Shown here: one piece after another, positions 56,857 through 64,000 of the stretch
Position numbering within the stretch: position 1 is the first letter of the stretch
How the letters are laid out: each line of letters begins with the position of its first letter
Virus record (IMG/VR): IMGVR_UViG_3300037475_000032
Span: 32,001 to 96,000 of that record
DNA: 64,000 nt
From: a virus
Direction: 5' to 3' (one strand)
The notes under the pieces: generated by a model
What the model saw: only the letters and a program-made list of their open reading frames with translations
Database searches by the model: none
What the model was told of the DNA's origin: nothing
Program-made: the position numbers and the translations under genes

Positions 56857-57003
56857 CTTAGGCTATACAGACCGGGCACATCAGCCCGGACGCTGAGCTA
56901 ACTCTCGTCGTCCTTGCCATGTGCCGCACCCCGGATTAGGGAGTACATGGGCGTCGAGTTACACGAGTAGCCGATCATCCGTGCAAGCGGTAGGTGAAAG
57001 CCA

Positions 57004-57074
57004 CGCTCTCAGGCGATGGCAGCCAAACGGAGTCATAATCCGTCTAGGTGTGGGTTCGAGTCCCACGGGAGCGA
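57004..57074 (+). tRNA. tRNA-Met(CAT), third CAU tRNA
   Basis: Cloverleaf. Confidence 0.75.
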
Positions 57075-57149
57075 CTAACAACCGGGCGCGATATCCTCGA
57101 CACAGGACTCTCATCTTAGTTTTCTTTGAGTCCTGGCGCGGAATAAGTG

Positions 57150-57782
57150 ATGGCATCAAATCGCTATTTCGCAGACATCTCCTCGAATAACTCGTTCTTC
57201 GACGCTGAGGACTACCGTCGCGGTGGTCATCTCCTCGTAGCGATCAAGGCTACGCAGGGAACAGGCTACGTTAACCCCGACTACAAGAGGTGGGTCCTCG
57301 ACGCCCACAACCACGGGCTCGTCGTCCTCCATTACCACTTCGCCACGACCAACGACCCCATCGCCGAGGCCAACCACTTCCTTTCCACCACGAGGAACTA
57401 CTTCGGCAAGAGAGATTCGCTTGTCCTCGACCTTGAGGTCACGGCTCAGGACAACCCCGGTCAGGGCTACACGCTCACCAACCCGGTGAACTACCGCAAG
57501 TGGTTCGACACGCAGCTATTCCGTCACGGCCACAAGTCGATCCTGTACAGCTACGCTGCCTACCTACGTCAGTACGGCGCAGGGCTCAGGCCGATCTCGA
57601 AGAAGATCTGGGTCGCCGACTACGAGACCCATCCTCAGGGCGGATGGTGGGGCAACTCGTGGGCCTGGCAGTTCACGGATGGTGAACACGGGCCGAAGCC
57701 GCACTCGTGCATGGGTGTCGGACGCTGCGATGTCTCGCAGGTCAATCCGGCTACCTATCTTCGCTTGCGTCTCGGTCGCTAA
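57150..57782 (+). CDS. GH25 muramidase endolysin
   Basis: DISSNN; IKATQG; YHF; LVLDLE; WVADY; WQFT. Confidence 0.88.
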   Translation: MASNRYFADISSNNSFFDAEDYRRGGHLLVAIKATQGTGYVNPDYKRWVLDAHNHGLVVLHYHFATTNDPIAEANHFLSTTRNYFGKRDSLVLDLEVTAQDNPGQGYTLTNPVNYRKWFDTQLFRHGHKSILYSYAAYLRQYGAGLRPISKKIWVADYETHPQGGWWGNSWAWQFTDGEHGPKPHSCMGVGRCDVSQVNPATYLRLRLGR

Positions 57783-57824
57783 ATAGGTGGCGTGGAGACG
57801 CAATCCAACCTTCAAGGAGAACAC

Positions 57825-58202
57825 ATGGCAGAACCAGGAGCAGTAGCACCAACAGCCGCAGATCCGGCTATTCAGACCGCCGTCACAGACGTTGCGCAGG
57901 AGGTTCCTGCGGTCGTCAAGGACGTTGAGACCAAGAACGTCGCTGGCGTCGTATCAGCCGGTGAGTCCCTTTACTCGGAGCTTGCTCCGCTTGCCCCAAC
58001 CCTCCTACAGGAGGCCAAGGCTGGCTACAAGACAACCGAGTTCTGGGTCTTGATCGTATGGGAGGCCGCAACACAGACAGGAGCCTTGCATCTTCCGGGC
58101 ACCTGGGGCAAGCTCGTCGCCGGTATCGGCGGAGTCGCTTCCTACGTCCTCTCGCGTGGTCTTGCCAAGAGCGGCACACCGAACCAGACGCCTAGCGTCT
58201 AG
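57825..58202 (+). CDS. Putative holin
   Basis: GYKTTEFWV plus two TM segments; follows lysin; AAGGAG RBS. Confidence 0.6.
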   Translation: MAEPGAVAPTAADPAIQTAVTDVAQEVPAVVKDVETKNVAGVVSAGESLYSELAPLAPTLLQEAKAGYKTTEFWVLIVWEAATQTGALHLPGTWGKLVAGIGGVASYVLSRGLAKSGTPNQTPSV

Positions 58203-58225
58203 GCTCGACCAACAAGCGTTTAAAC

Positions 58226-58254
58226 GGGGAGCCTTCGGGCTCCCCTTTGCTTTT
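58226..58254 (+). terminator. Intrinsic terminator
   Basis: GGGGAGCC-TTCG-GGCTCCCC followed by T-rich tail. Confidence 0.85.
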
Positions 58255-58283
58255 CAGAGCAGTGCTTGAAGGTAATCAGCGAC

Positions 58284-58889
58284 ATGGCAATGACTACCTC
58301 ATTCATGGGTCTGCGAGCCTGGAATCAGTTGCTCGATGATTATGACCACGATCAGCTAACTGACAACTGGGCCAAGATCGACAATCACGATCACACGCCC
58401 GGTCGAGGAGTACTGCTCACAACCGAGAGCATCGCCAATGCCTCGATCACGCTTCCGCAGATGGCTTCTGCCTCTCTCGGCCTAGCAGCCGGGACCTTCC
58501 TTGCCACCACCTCCACCACGGCGCTTACGGCCAACGTCGAAGCCAAGGTGGCCTTCACCTCCAAGACCTACGATGTGTCTAGCTGGTTTGATGTCGTCAC
58601 GAACGTCGGGCGCTACACACCGCTCACACAGGGCTACTACAGGCTGTCCTCTACGATCTTCACGACTTCCACCAATGTCCTGCGAGCCATCATCTACAAG
58701 AATGGCTCCCCGTACCTCTACGGGGCCTATGGGAGCACGGCTGGAGCCGTGGGCTCAGCCCAAGTCACGGGAATCGTCCACACCAACGGCACAACCGACT
58801 TCTTCGAAATCTTCGCCCTCAGTACAGCTACCACGGCTCTGACGGGTGCGCAGTGCTACTTTGCCGGTGAGTTGATCGGGCTCGGCTAA
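58284..58889 (+). CDS. Virion fibre-like protein, C1q-like C-terminal domain
   Basis: GRYTP..GYY..IYKNG..NGTTDFFEIF. Confidence 0.55.
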   Translation: MAMTTSFMGLRAWNQLLDDYDHDQLTDNWAKIDNHDHTPGRGVLLTTESIANASITLPQMASASLGLAAGTFLATTSTTALTANVEAKVAFTSKTYDVSSWFDVVTNVGRYTPLTQGYYRLSSTIFTTSTNVLRAIIYKNGSPYLYGAYGSTAGAVGSAQVTGIVHTNGTTDFFEIFALSTATTALTGAQCYFAGELIGLG

Positions 58890-59851
58890 TGCCTATCCTC
58901 ACTCCCAACATAGGACTAGAGGCATGGGATCTTGGAGGCGACGACTTCGACCACTCCCAGCTTGCCAACAACTGGGTCGCCATCGATAACCACGACCACA
59001 CCCCTGGCCGTGGTCTGCGCATCACGTCACCAGCTATCGAACCTCTGAACGTGCTGACAGAGCACATTCAGCTTCTCAACATCACTCAGCCTCTCCTCGC
59101 TACGCCCTCAGTGGGAACGGCTCAGTTGTTCCCTCACAGCGTCACGAGAGAAATCCTCGCCGACCCGGCTGTCTACACGGAAAACATCGCCAATCAGCAG
59201 GTCACGTACGAAAAGCTCGACCCGACAGTCCTGCCGCTCGGCACAGTCGTTCTCTGGTATCGCAAGTCTGGGATGACGAACCTTCCGGGCGGTGGCTGGG
59301 AGATCTGCGATGGACGTGCGTGGTCATCGATCACCAACAGCCTGGGGTACACGACCGGCAACATCCCGGACATGCGAGACTCCTTCGCCATCGGGGCCGA
59401 CATCAACGGCATCGTGGCACCTGGCATCGGGCAGGCAGGGGGAGCCAACGAACGCAACTTCGCTCACTCCCACGGCGTTAACCCTCACGCTCACTCCGTT
59501 CCGCCCCACCTGCACGGGATCGCAGCAGACGGCAACCACACGCACGGCTTTCTTGGCGAAGACAACAACTACCACCAGCTTGTCCAGCAGCTTGTCCGTG
59601 CCCCGATCTCCGAAGCCGAAGTGCGAGATGCCTTGTTCAACCCCGGCATCCACCTTGATCGTACGCACGAATCGGTCATTCAGGAACCATCCCCGCTCCA
59701 GTTCACAGGGCTTCACTCACACGGCGGAGCCACGGGTGCATCGGCCGAATTCGCCACCTCATCCAACGGGAGCAACACGGACACTCAGCTAGGCCCCGTG
59801 GACATGCGACCCCAGTACGTCTCGCTCCTTTACATCATGAGGGTCCGATAG
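58889..59851 (+). CDS. Tail fibre protein with collar domain and HxH repeats
   Basis: PLGTVVLW..GWEICDG..PDMRDSF; repeated H.H motifs. Confidence 0.7.
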   Translation: MPILTPNIGLEAWDLGGDDFDHSQLANNWVAIDNHDHTPGRGLRITSPAIEPLNVLTEHIQLLNITQPLLATPSVGTAQLFPHSVTREILADPAVYTENIANQQVTYEKLDPTVLPLGTVVLWYRKSGMTNLPGGGWEICDGRAWSSITNSLGYTTGNIPDMRDSFAIGADINGIVAPGIGQAGGANERNFAHSHGVNPHAHSVPPHLHGIAADGNHTHGFLGEDNNYHQLVQQLVRAPISEAEVRDALFNPGIHLDRTHESVIQEPSPLQFTGLHSHGGATGASAEFATSSNGSNTDTQLGPVDMRPQYVSLLYIMRVR

Positions 59852-59944
59852 CACTAAATGTGACCTAACCCGTCAGGGAATAGGTGACATTGAAGCAGCC
59901 GGACAAGCGAAGGCTGCGCGTTAACCAACCATAAGGAAACATAG

Positions 59945-60865
59945 ATGCCTCCATTTCTACCCATCAGAGCCTTCAACCGCTCTCAGCGTCTTCGTATTGG
60001 TAACCAGCAGGTCACCAACAACGCTACGACCTACGTTGACCTTGGTCAGCTACCCGTCGCTCTAGGGCTTCACGCAACGACCGCCACCACAGGTGGTACG
60101 GGACTTGCCGAATCAACCCAGTACTTCTACGCCGTTACGGTTTGTGACGCTTACGGAGGCGAGACCCCGATCTCCGCCGTCGTCAACGTCACGACTGGAG
60201 CCGATCTCACAAGCGCCAACTCGCTCAACTGGATTCCGGTCACGGAGCAGTCAGGCAACTTCACGGCTACGGCTACCTCCTACAACGTCTACCGTGGAAC
60301 AGAAGAAGGCGTTCTCAAAAGGATCGCCTCCGGTGTCACGAACCACTTCTACACGGACACAGGCGTCAACTCGATCAAAAACCCCACCTTCTTGGGTGGC
60401 GGATCACCTCCGACGACCAACAACACCTACTACGCCGCTGAGACCAACCAGAGCGCTCGTAAGGATCTCTCTGCTCACTCGGCTATCGGTTCGTACTACA
60501 CCGTAGGTGGTCTCTCCAACTCCAACAGCGACACCGTTGTCAACAGCGGTGCTACGACAACGCCGACCAACTTGGTCATTGCCGTAGCCGCAGGTGAGTT
60601 GAAGGTGCGCAGCACGGGCGTCTTCATCCCGATTGCCGGTGGAAACACCACGCTTTCGGCCGCTTCGTCCACCGAAGATCGAACGGATCTCGTCTGGGTC
60701 AACGCTGCAACCGGAGCACAGGGCCACACGAGCGGTACTCCTGCTCCAGTTGGTCAGTCAGCACCTCCGGCTGTCCCGGCAGGTGACATTCCAGTCGCCG
60801 CATACCTCGTCGCTAAAAGCGCTACGGCCGCAGTTCTCGTTGCGGACTTGCGCCCACGTCCATAG
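59945..60865 (+). CDS. Virion structural protein (FN3-like domain)
   Basis: YFYAVT..GET..LNW..SYNVYRG..YTDTG; AAGGA RBS. Confidence 0.55.
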   Translation: MPPFLPIRAFNRSQRLRIGNQQVTNNATTYVDLGQLPVALGLHATTATTGGTGLAESTQYFYAVTVCDAYGGETPISAVVNVTTGADLTSANSLNWIPVTEQSGNFTATATSYNVYRGTEEGVLKRIASGVTNHFYTDTGVNSIKNPTFLGGGSPPTTNNTYYAAETNQSARKDLSAHSAIGSYYTVGGLSNSNSDTVVNSGATTTPTNLVIAVAAGELKVRSTGVFIPIAGGNTTLSAASSTEDRTDLVWVNAATGAQGHTSGTPAPVGQSAPPAVPAGDIPVAAYLVAKSATAAVLVADLRPRP

Positions 60866-60885
60866 TCACACCAACCAGGTAGAGT

Positions 60886-60916
60886 GGAGAGGTCCCATTT
60901 TTTGTGGGACCTCTTC
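60886..60916. terminator. Stem-loop, probable terminator
   Basis: GAGAGGTCCCA/TGGGACCTCTT inverted repeat. Confidence 0.55.
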
Positions 60917-60954
60917 GCGTTAAAGAGAGATAAGTCCTACCACAGGAGCCCAAG

Positions 60955-61413
60955 ATGAGTAATCAGCCCATGCCGACCATCACGTCACCTGACATGGAGG
61001 TCGATTCCGGGGTAGTCAAGACGCAGAAGCAGTTTTCTGACAACCTCACCCAAGACCTTACGGACGAAGAGATCCAGAAGTGTCTCCGCATCATCGTCCC
61101 GATTAAGACCAAGTGGGAAGGGCGCTTCGTTGCCCGCTTCACCCACAACGACAATCCCAGCGAAAAAGAGATTCACAAGTTCTTGGACGAGTTCGAGGAC
61201 GAGATCAAGACGAGCCTCGCTGAGCAGGTTAACGTGCTCGCCACGGTCGATACCACACCTCTGCTCCTGGGTGAACCTCCCGAGATCGAGTTCATCGGTG
61301 TGCTACCAGGACACTCTATGAACAAGTACGGATTCGACCACGAGAAGAAGACCTGGGAGGTTACCAAGGCGGCGCAGCTTGGCGAAGACTTCCTTGGACA
61401 GAAGGACGCATAA
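60955..61413 (+). CDS. Hypothetical protein
   Basis: AGGAG RBS. Confidence 0.6.
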   Translation: MSNQPMPTITSPDMEVDSGVVKTQKQFSDNLTQDLTDEEIQKCLRIIVPIKTKWEGRFVARFTHNDNPSEKEIHKFLDEFEDEIKTSLAEQVNVLATVDTTPLLLGEPPEIEFIGVLPGHSMNKYGFDHEKKTWEVTKAAQLGEDFLGQKDA

Positions 61414-61721
61414 TGCAGTTCGGGACACGAGTCAAGCTCACGAATAAGGCGATTCTCAAGGAGATCGAAAAGATAGCCGATGACGACCAGGATGTGGATA
61501 CGAAAGTCCTCTGGATCGTCTATGTCGCTTGTCTCCATAACCTAGAGGGCGTCATTGCCGGATTGTGGCCTGAGACGGACGTAGAGGCTCCTCCTGGCAT
61601 CCTGGAGATCGTCTGGGATACCTCTGACCCCGAGTGGCGAGAGTACTTGAACAAGCGAGACGAGGAGACGGGCTATCGCCCCTATGGCTGGTTCGAGGAC
61701 GAGCTAGAAGTCATCGAGTAG
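61413..61721 (+). CDS. Hypothetical protein
   Basis: TAATG coupling. Confidence 0.55.
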   Translation: MQFGTRVKLTNKAILKEIEKIADDDQDVDTKVLWIVYVACLHNLEGVIAGLWPETDVEAPPGILEIVWDTSDPEWREYLNKRDEETGYRPYGWFEDELEVIE

Positions 61722-63836
61722 ATGAGCCTCAACCTCCTCGATCAGGTAGAACAGACACTAGCGCCGACCAAGGTTGGCATAGTGGAGTTTGCCGAGTCTT
61801 CGGACTACTGCAACAAGCGTCTCTACCCCCGTCAGGCAACCCTTCTCAAGATCATCTTCTTGGAGGAGTTGACAGGGGCGGAGGAGGACGTTCTGGACTA
61901 CTGGATCGCCGGAGGCCGTAACGGTACTGAGATCACCATTTCACCCAACATCCGTGAGCGTATGCAGTACCTACGCGAAAACGGGTACTCGCACTTCCGC
62001 GAGGTTGATCTTGTGGGAGGCCGTCGTAGCTCCAAGGGATTCGTCACTGGACTCGCCATGGCTAAGGTCATGTGGGACTGCTTGCAGCTACAAGACCCAG
62101 GCGAGCACTACGGTATCGACCCCGAGAAGGATATCTACTTCTCATGCGTGGCTGGCTCGGAGCAGCAGGCCAAGGAGTTCCAGTACGCCGACCTTTCGAG
62201 CACGATTGAGACGTGTAGGGCCATGGAGCCCTACCTTGTGAAGTCGTTGGAGACCGAGATTCGAGTCGCCACGAGTACCGACCTTCGCAAGATCTCTCAA
62301 GCCAAGGCCCGAGGCAACCGCATCCAGAAGGATATCGCTCGCCTCAGGGGCAAGGCACTCGCCGCTAACGCCGGAACGCTTCGTGGATCAGCCACCATGG
62401 CTATCTGCATTGACGAGATGGCGCACATGATCCCCGGTGAGTCGAAGGCTGCCGCCGATCAGGTGTACAACGCTTCCGACCCGTCGCTTGACCAGTTCGG
62501 CCTTGACGGCATCATGTTCTGCAACTCGTCACCGTACACCAAGGTCGGGATGTTCTATGAGCGCTACCAGGCATCCCTCATTCCCTTCGACCCGAGCCGT
62601 CCGATTGACGAAGAGGTTGACCCGGAGGAAGGCGAGGTAGCCGCTAATGGCAACCCTCGAACCATGACTTTCCAGTACCCCTCATGGGCTCTATTCGAGG
62701 GCTACCAGTCGAGCAAACACGGCTTCAAGCGAGCCATCACCGTCTCCCCGGACTGGGACCCTGACGCCAAGACCGAGAGTGGCGAGTACGTCTGGAGTGA
62801 GCAAGACCAGAAGGCCATCCGTCAGGCCCGCTCCAAGGAGGCCGACAACCCCGAGACTTACAAGGTCGAGCGTAGGGGCAAGTTCGCTGAGGTAACGGAC
62901 GCCTTCCTCAACCCAACGATGGTGGATCGTATGTTCATGGGTACGCCGCACGAATGGGTCTACGAGACACCAGGCGATACGATCCCCAAGCTCCACTACA
63001 ACCCGCTACCGACCAACTGGGGACAGGGCGCTCTCAACACCTACCGCTACAAGTTCCACGTCGATCCATCGAGCACAACGGCTGGCTTCGGGTTTGCTAT
63101 TGGACACACGGAGATGTTCGACCGTTGGGATGGAGGGGTTGAGGAGCATGTCGTGTTCGACATCATCAAGCGCTGGAATCCCAAAGATTTCCCCGGAGGC
63201 GTCATCCGATGGGACCCGATCCTGGATGAAATCTTCTTCTACGCAGATCTTTTTAGACCGTTTGAGATCACCTTCGATCAGCACCAGTCGGCCGAGCCTA
63301 TTCAGCTACTCCAAGAGCGTTTGCAGGCTCGCAACATAGCCACGCGCGTTTACGAAAAGTTCGCCACCAATGAACTGAACTGGAAGCGTTGGGAGGTCTT
63401 CAAGACCGCCTTGTACCAGGGATTGGTCCATGGCCCATACGACACAGAGGATGCTCATTGGTGCGCTCAGGAGTTGAAGTTCTTGCAGCAGAACAGCACG
63501 AGCGGCAAGTTCCCTCGCGTCGATAGGCAGGAGATCGGCCCCGTCCAGACCAAGGATATGGCGGACTGCGTATCCGAGATCACCCATTCACTCATCGGGA
63601 ACCTGATGGTGAACCGCATGAGGGATCGCTTGTCGCAAGGTGCTCTGCTAGGTGGATCACCGGGCGGATACCGCATCGGTGGAGGCAATGGGCCGCCTGG
63701 AGGACCCGGACCTGTAGGCATCTCCGACTACTATTCGTCGCGCTCGAAGAAGGAGGCACGAGAGTACCAGAACCCATCTCGTGGGGTCGTGGGCGGAGGG
63801 CGCAACCGAATGGGCCGCAACAGGGCCAGATGGTAG
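61722..63836 (+). CDS. terL: Terminase large subunit
   Basis: LYPRQ; GRRSSK (Walker A); ICIDEMAH (Walker B); nuclease HVDP..FDQ..KDMAD. Confidence 0.85.
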   Translation: MSLNLLDQVEQTLAPTKVGIVEFAESSDYCNKRLYPRQATLLKIIFLEELTGAEEDVLDYWIAGGRNGTEITISPNIRERMQYLRENGYSHFREVDLVGGRRSSKGFVTGLAMAKVMWDCLQLQDPGEHYGIDPEKDIYFSCVAGSEQQAKEFQYADLSSTIETCRAMEPYLVKSLETEIRVATSTDLRKISQAKARGNRIQKDIARLRGKALAANAGTLRGSATMAICIDEMAHMIPGESKAAADQVYNASDPSLDQFGLDGIMFCNSSPYTKVGMFYERYQASLIPFDPSRPIDEEVDPEEGEVAANGNPRTMTFQYPSWALFEGYQSSKHGFKRAITVSPDWDPDAKTESGEYVWSEQDQKAIRQARSKEADNPETYKVERRGKFAEVTDAFLNPTMVDRMFMGTPHEWVYETPGDTIPKLHYNPLPTNWGQGALNTYRYKFHVDPSSTTAGFGFAIGHTEMFDRWDGGVEEHVVFDIIKRWNPKDFPGGVIRWDPILDEIFFYADLFRPFEITFDQHQSAEPIQLLQERLQARNIATRVYEKFATNELNWKRWEVFKTALYQGLVHGPYDTEDAHWCAQELKFLQQNSTSGKFPRVDRQEIGPVQTKDMADCVSEITHSLIGNLMVNRMRDRLSQGALLGGSPGGYRIGGGNGPPGGPGPVGISDYYSSRSKKEAREYQNPSRGVVGGGRNRMGRNRARW

Positions 63837-63885
63837 TCGCACCTACCTACCTTTATTCGCTGCTCAAACTTGGAAGTAACAGGTG

Positions 63886-64000
63886 ATGACCGATCTAGTT
63901 CCCACATTCGTCCGCAAGGAGGGCATGGTCTATGCCATCCTTGAGGATCGAGTGATCGCAAGCGGGAAGGACTTCAACAAGGTGGAGAAGTCCGCCGTTG
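63886..64000 (+). CDS. Partial ORF (MTDLVPTFVRKEG...), runs off window
   Basis: Starts in TAACAGGTGATG motif; open to window end. Confidence 0.55.
   Translation, partial: MTDLVPTFVRKEGMVYAILEDRVIASGKDFNKVEKSAV

Noticed and set aside
46646-57074. Amber/opal suppressor or Sec tRNA implying genome recoding
   Set aside because: I found no complete cloverleaf with a CTA or TCA anticodon. Genes are intact under code 11 and TAG ends many coupled genes.
46583-57190. Numerous 60-160-aa ORFs over the RNA array
   Set aside because: They overlap tRNA or ncRNA genes and lack RBS or protein motifs; treated as shadow ORFs.

Overview
64-kb segment of a large lytic myovirus, probably infecting an Actinomycetota host. 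Gene content resembles Bxz1/cluster C-type mycobacteriophages. 1-21.8 kb (+): contractile-tail module with sheath, tube, frameshifting chaperone, tape measure, baseplate and PKD/CBM adsorption proteins, plus one reverse-strand membrane 'moron'. 21.8-42.8 kb (-): replication/recombination module with SNF2 helicase, GGQ release factor, sigma-like protein, RuvC, Cas4-like nuclease, RecA, DnaE, DNA MTase, RNase H, primase, DnaB and DnaC. 43-46.4 kb (+): class II RNR and an HNH protein. 46.6-57.1 kb (+): a very large RNA array of about 48 tRNAs covering all 20 amino acids (no encoded CCA), a tmRNA, a phage-encoded RNase P RNA with a reduced specificity domain, Pth2, and more than 10 unidentified structured RNAs in the spacers; lysis genes are interleaved. 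57-64 kb (+): GH25 lysin, holin, virion proteins and large terminase. Strongest novel signals: the RNase P ribozyme, the unexplained spacer ncRNAs and aberrant tRNAs, and a recurring TAATAGGTGATG motif fused to the starts of late genes. All calls were made by eye; no database searches were run.
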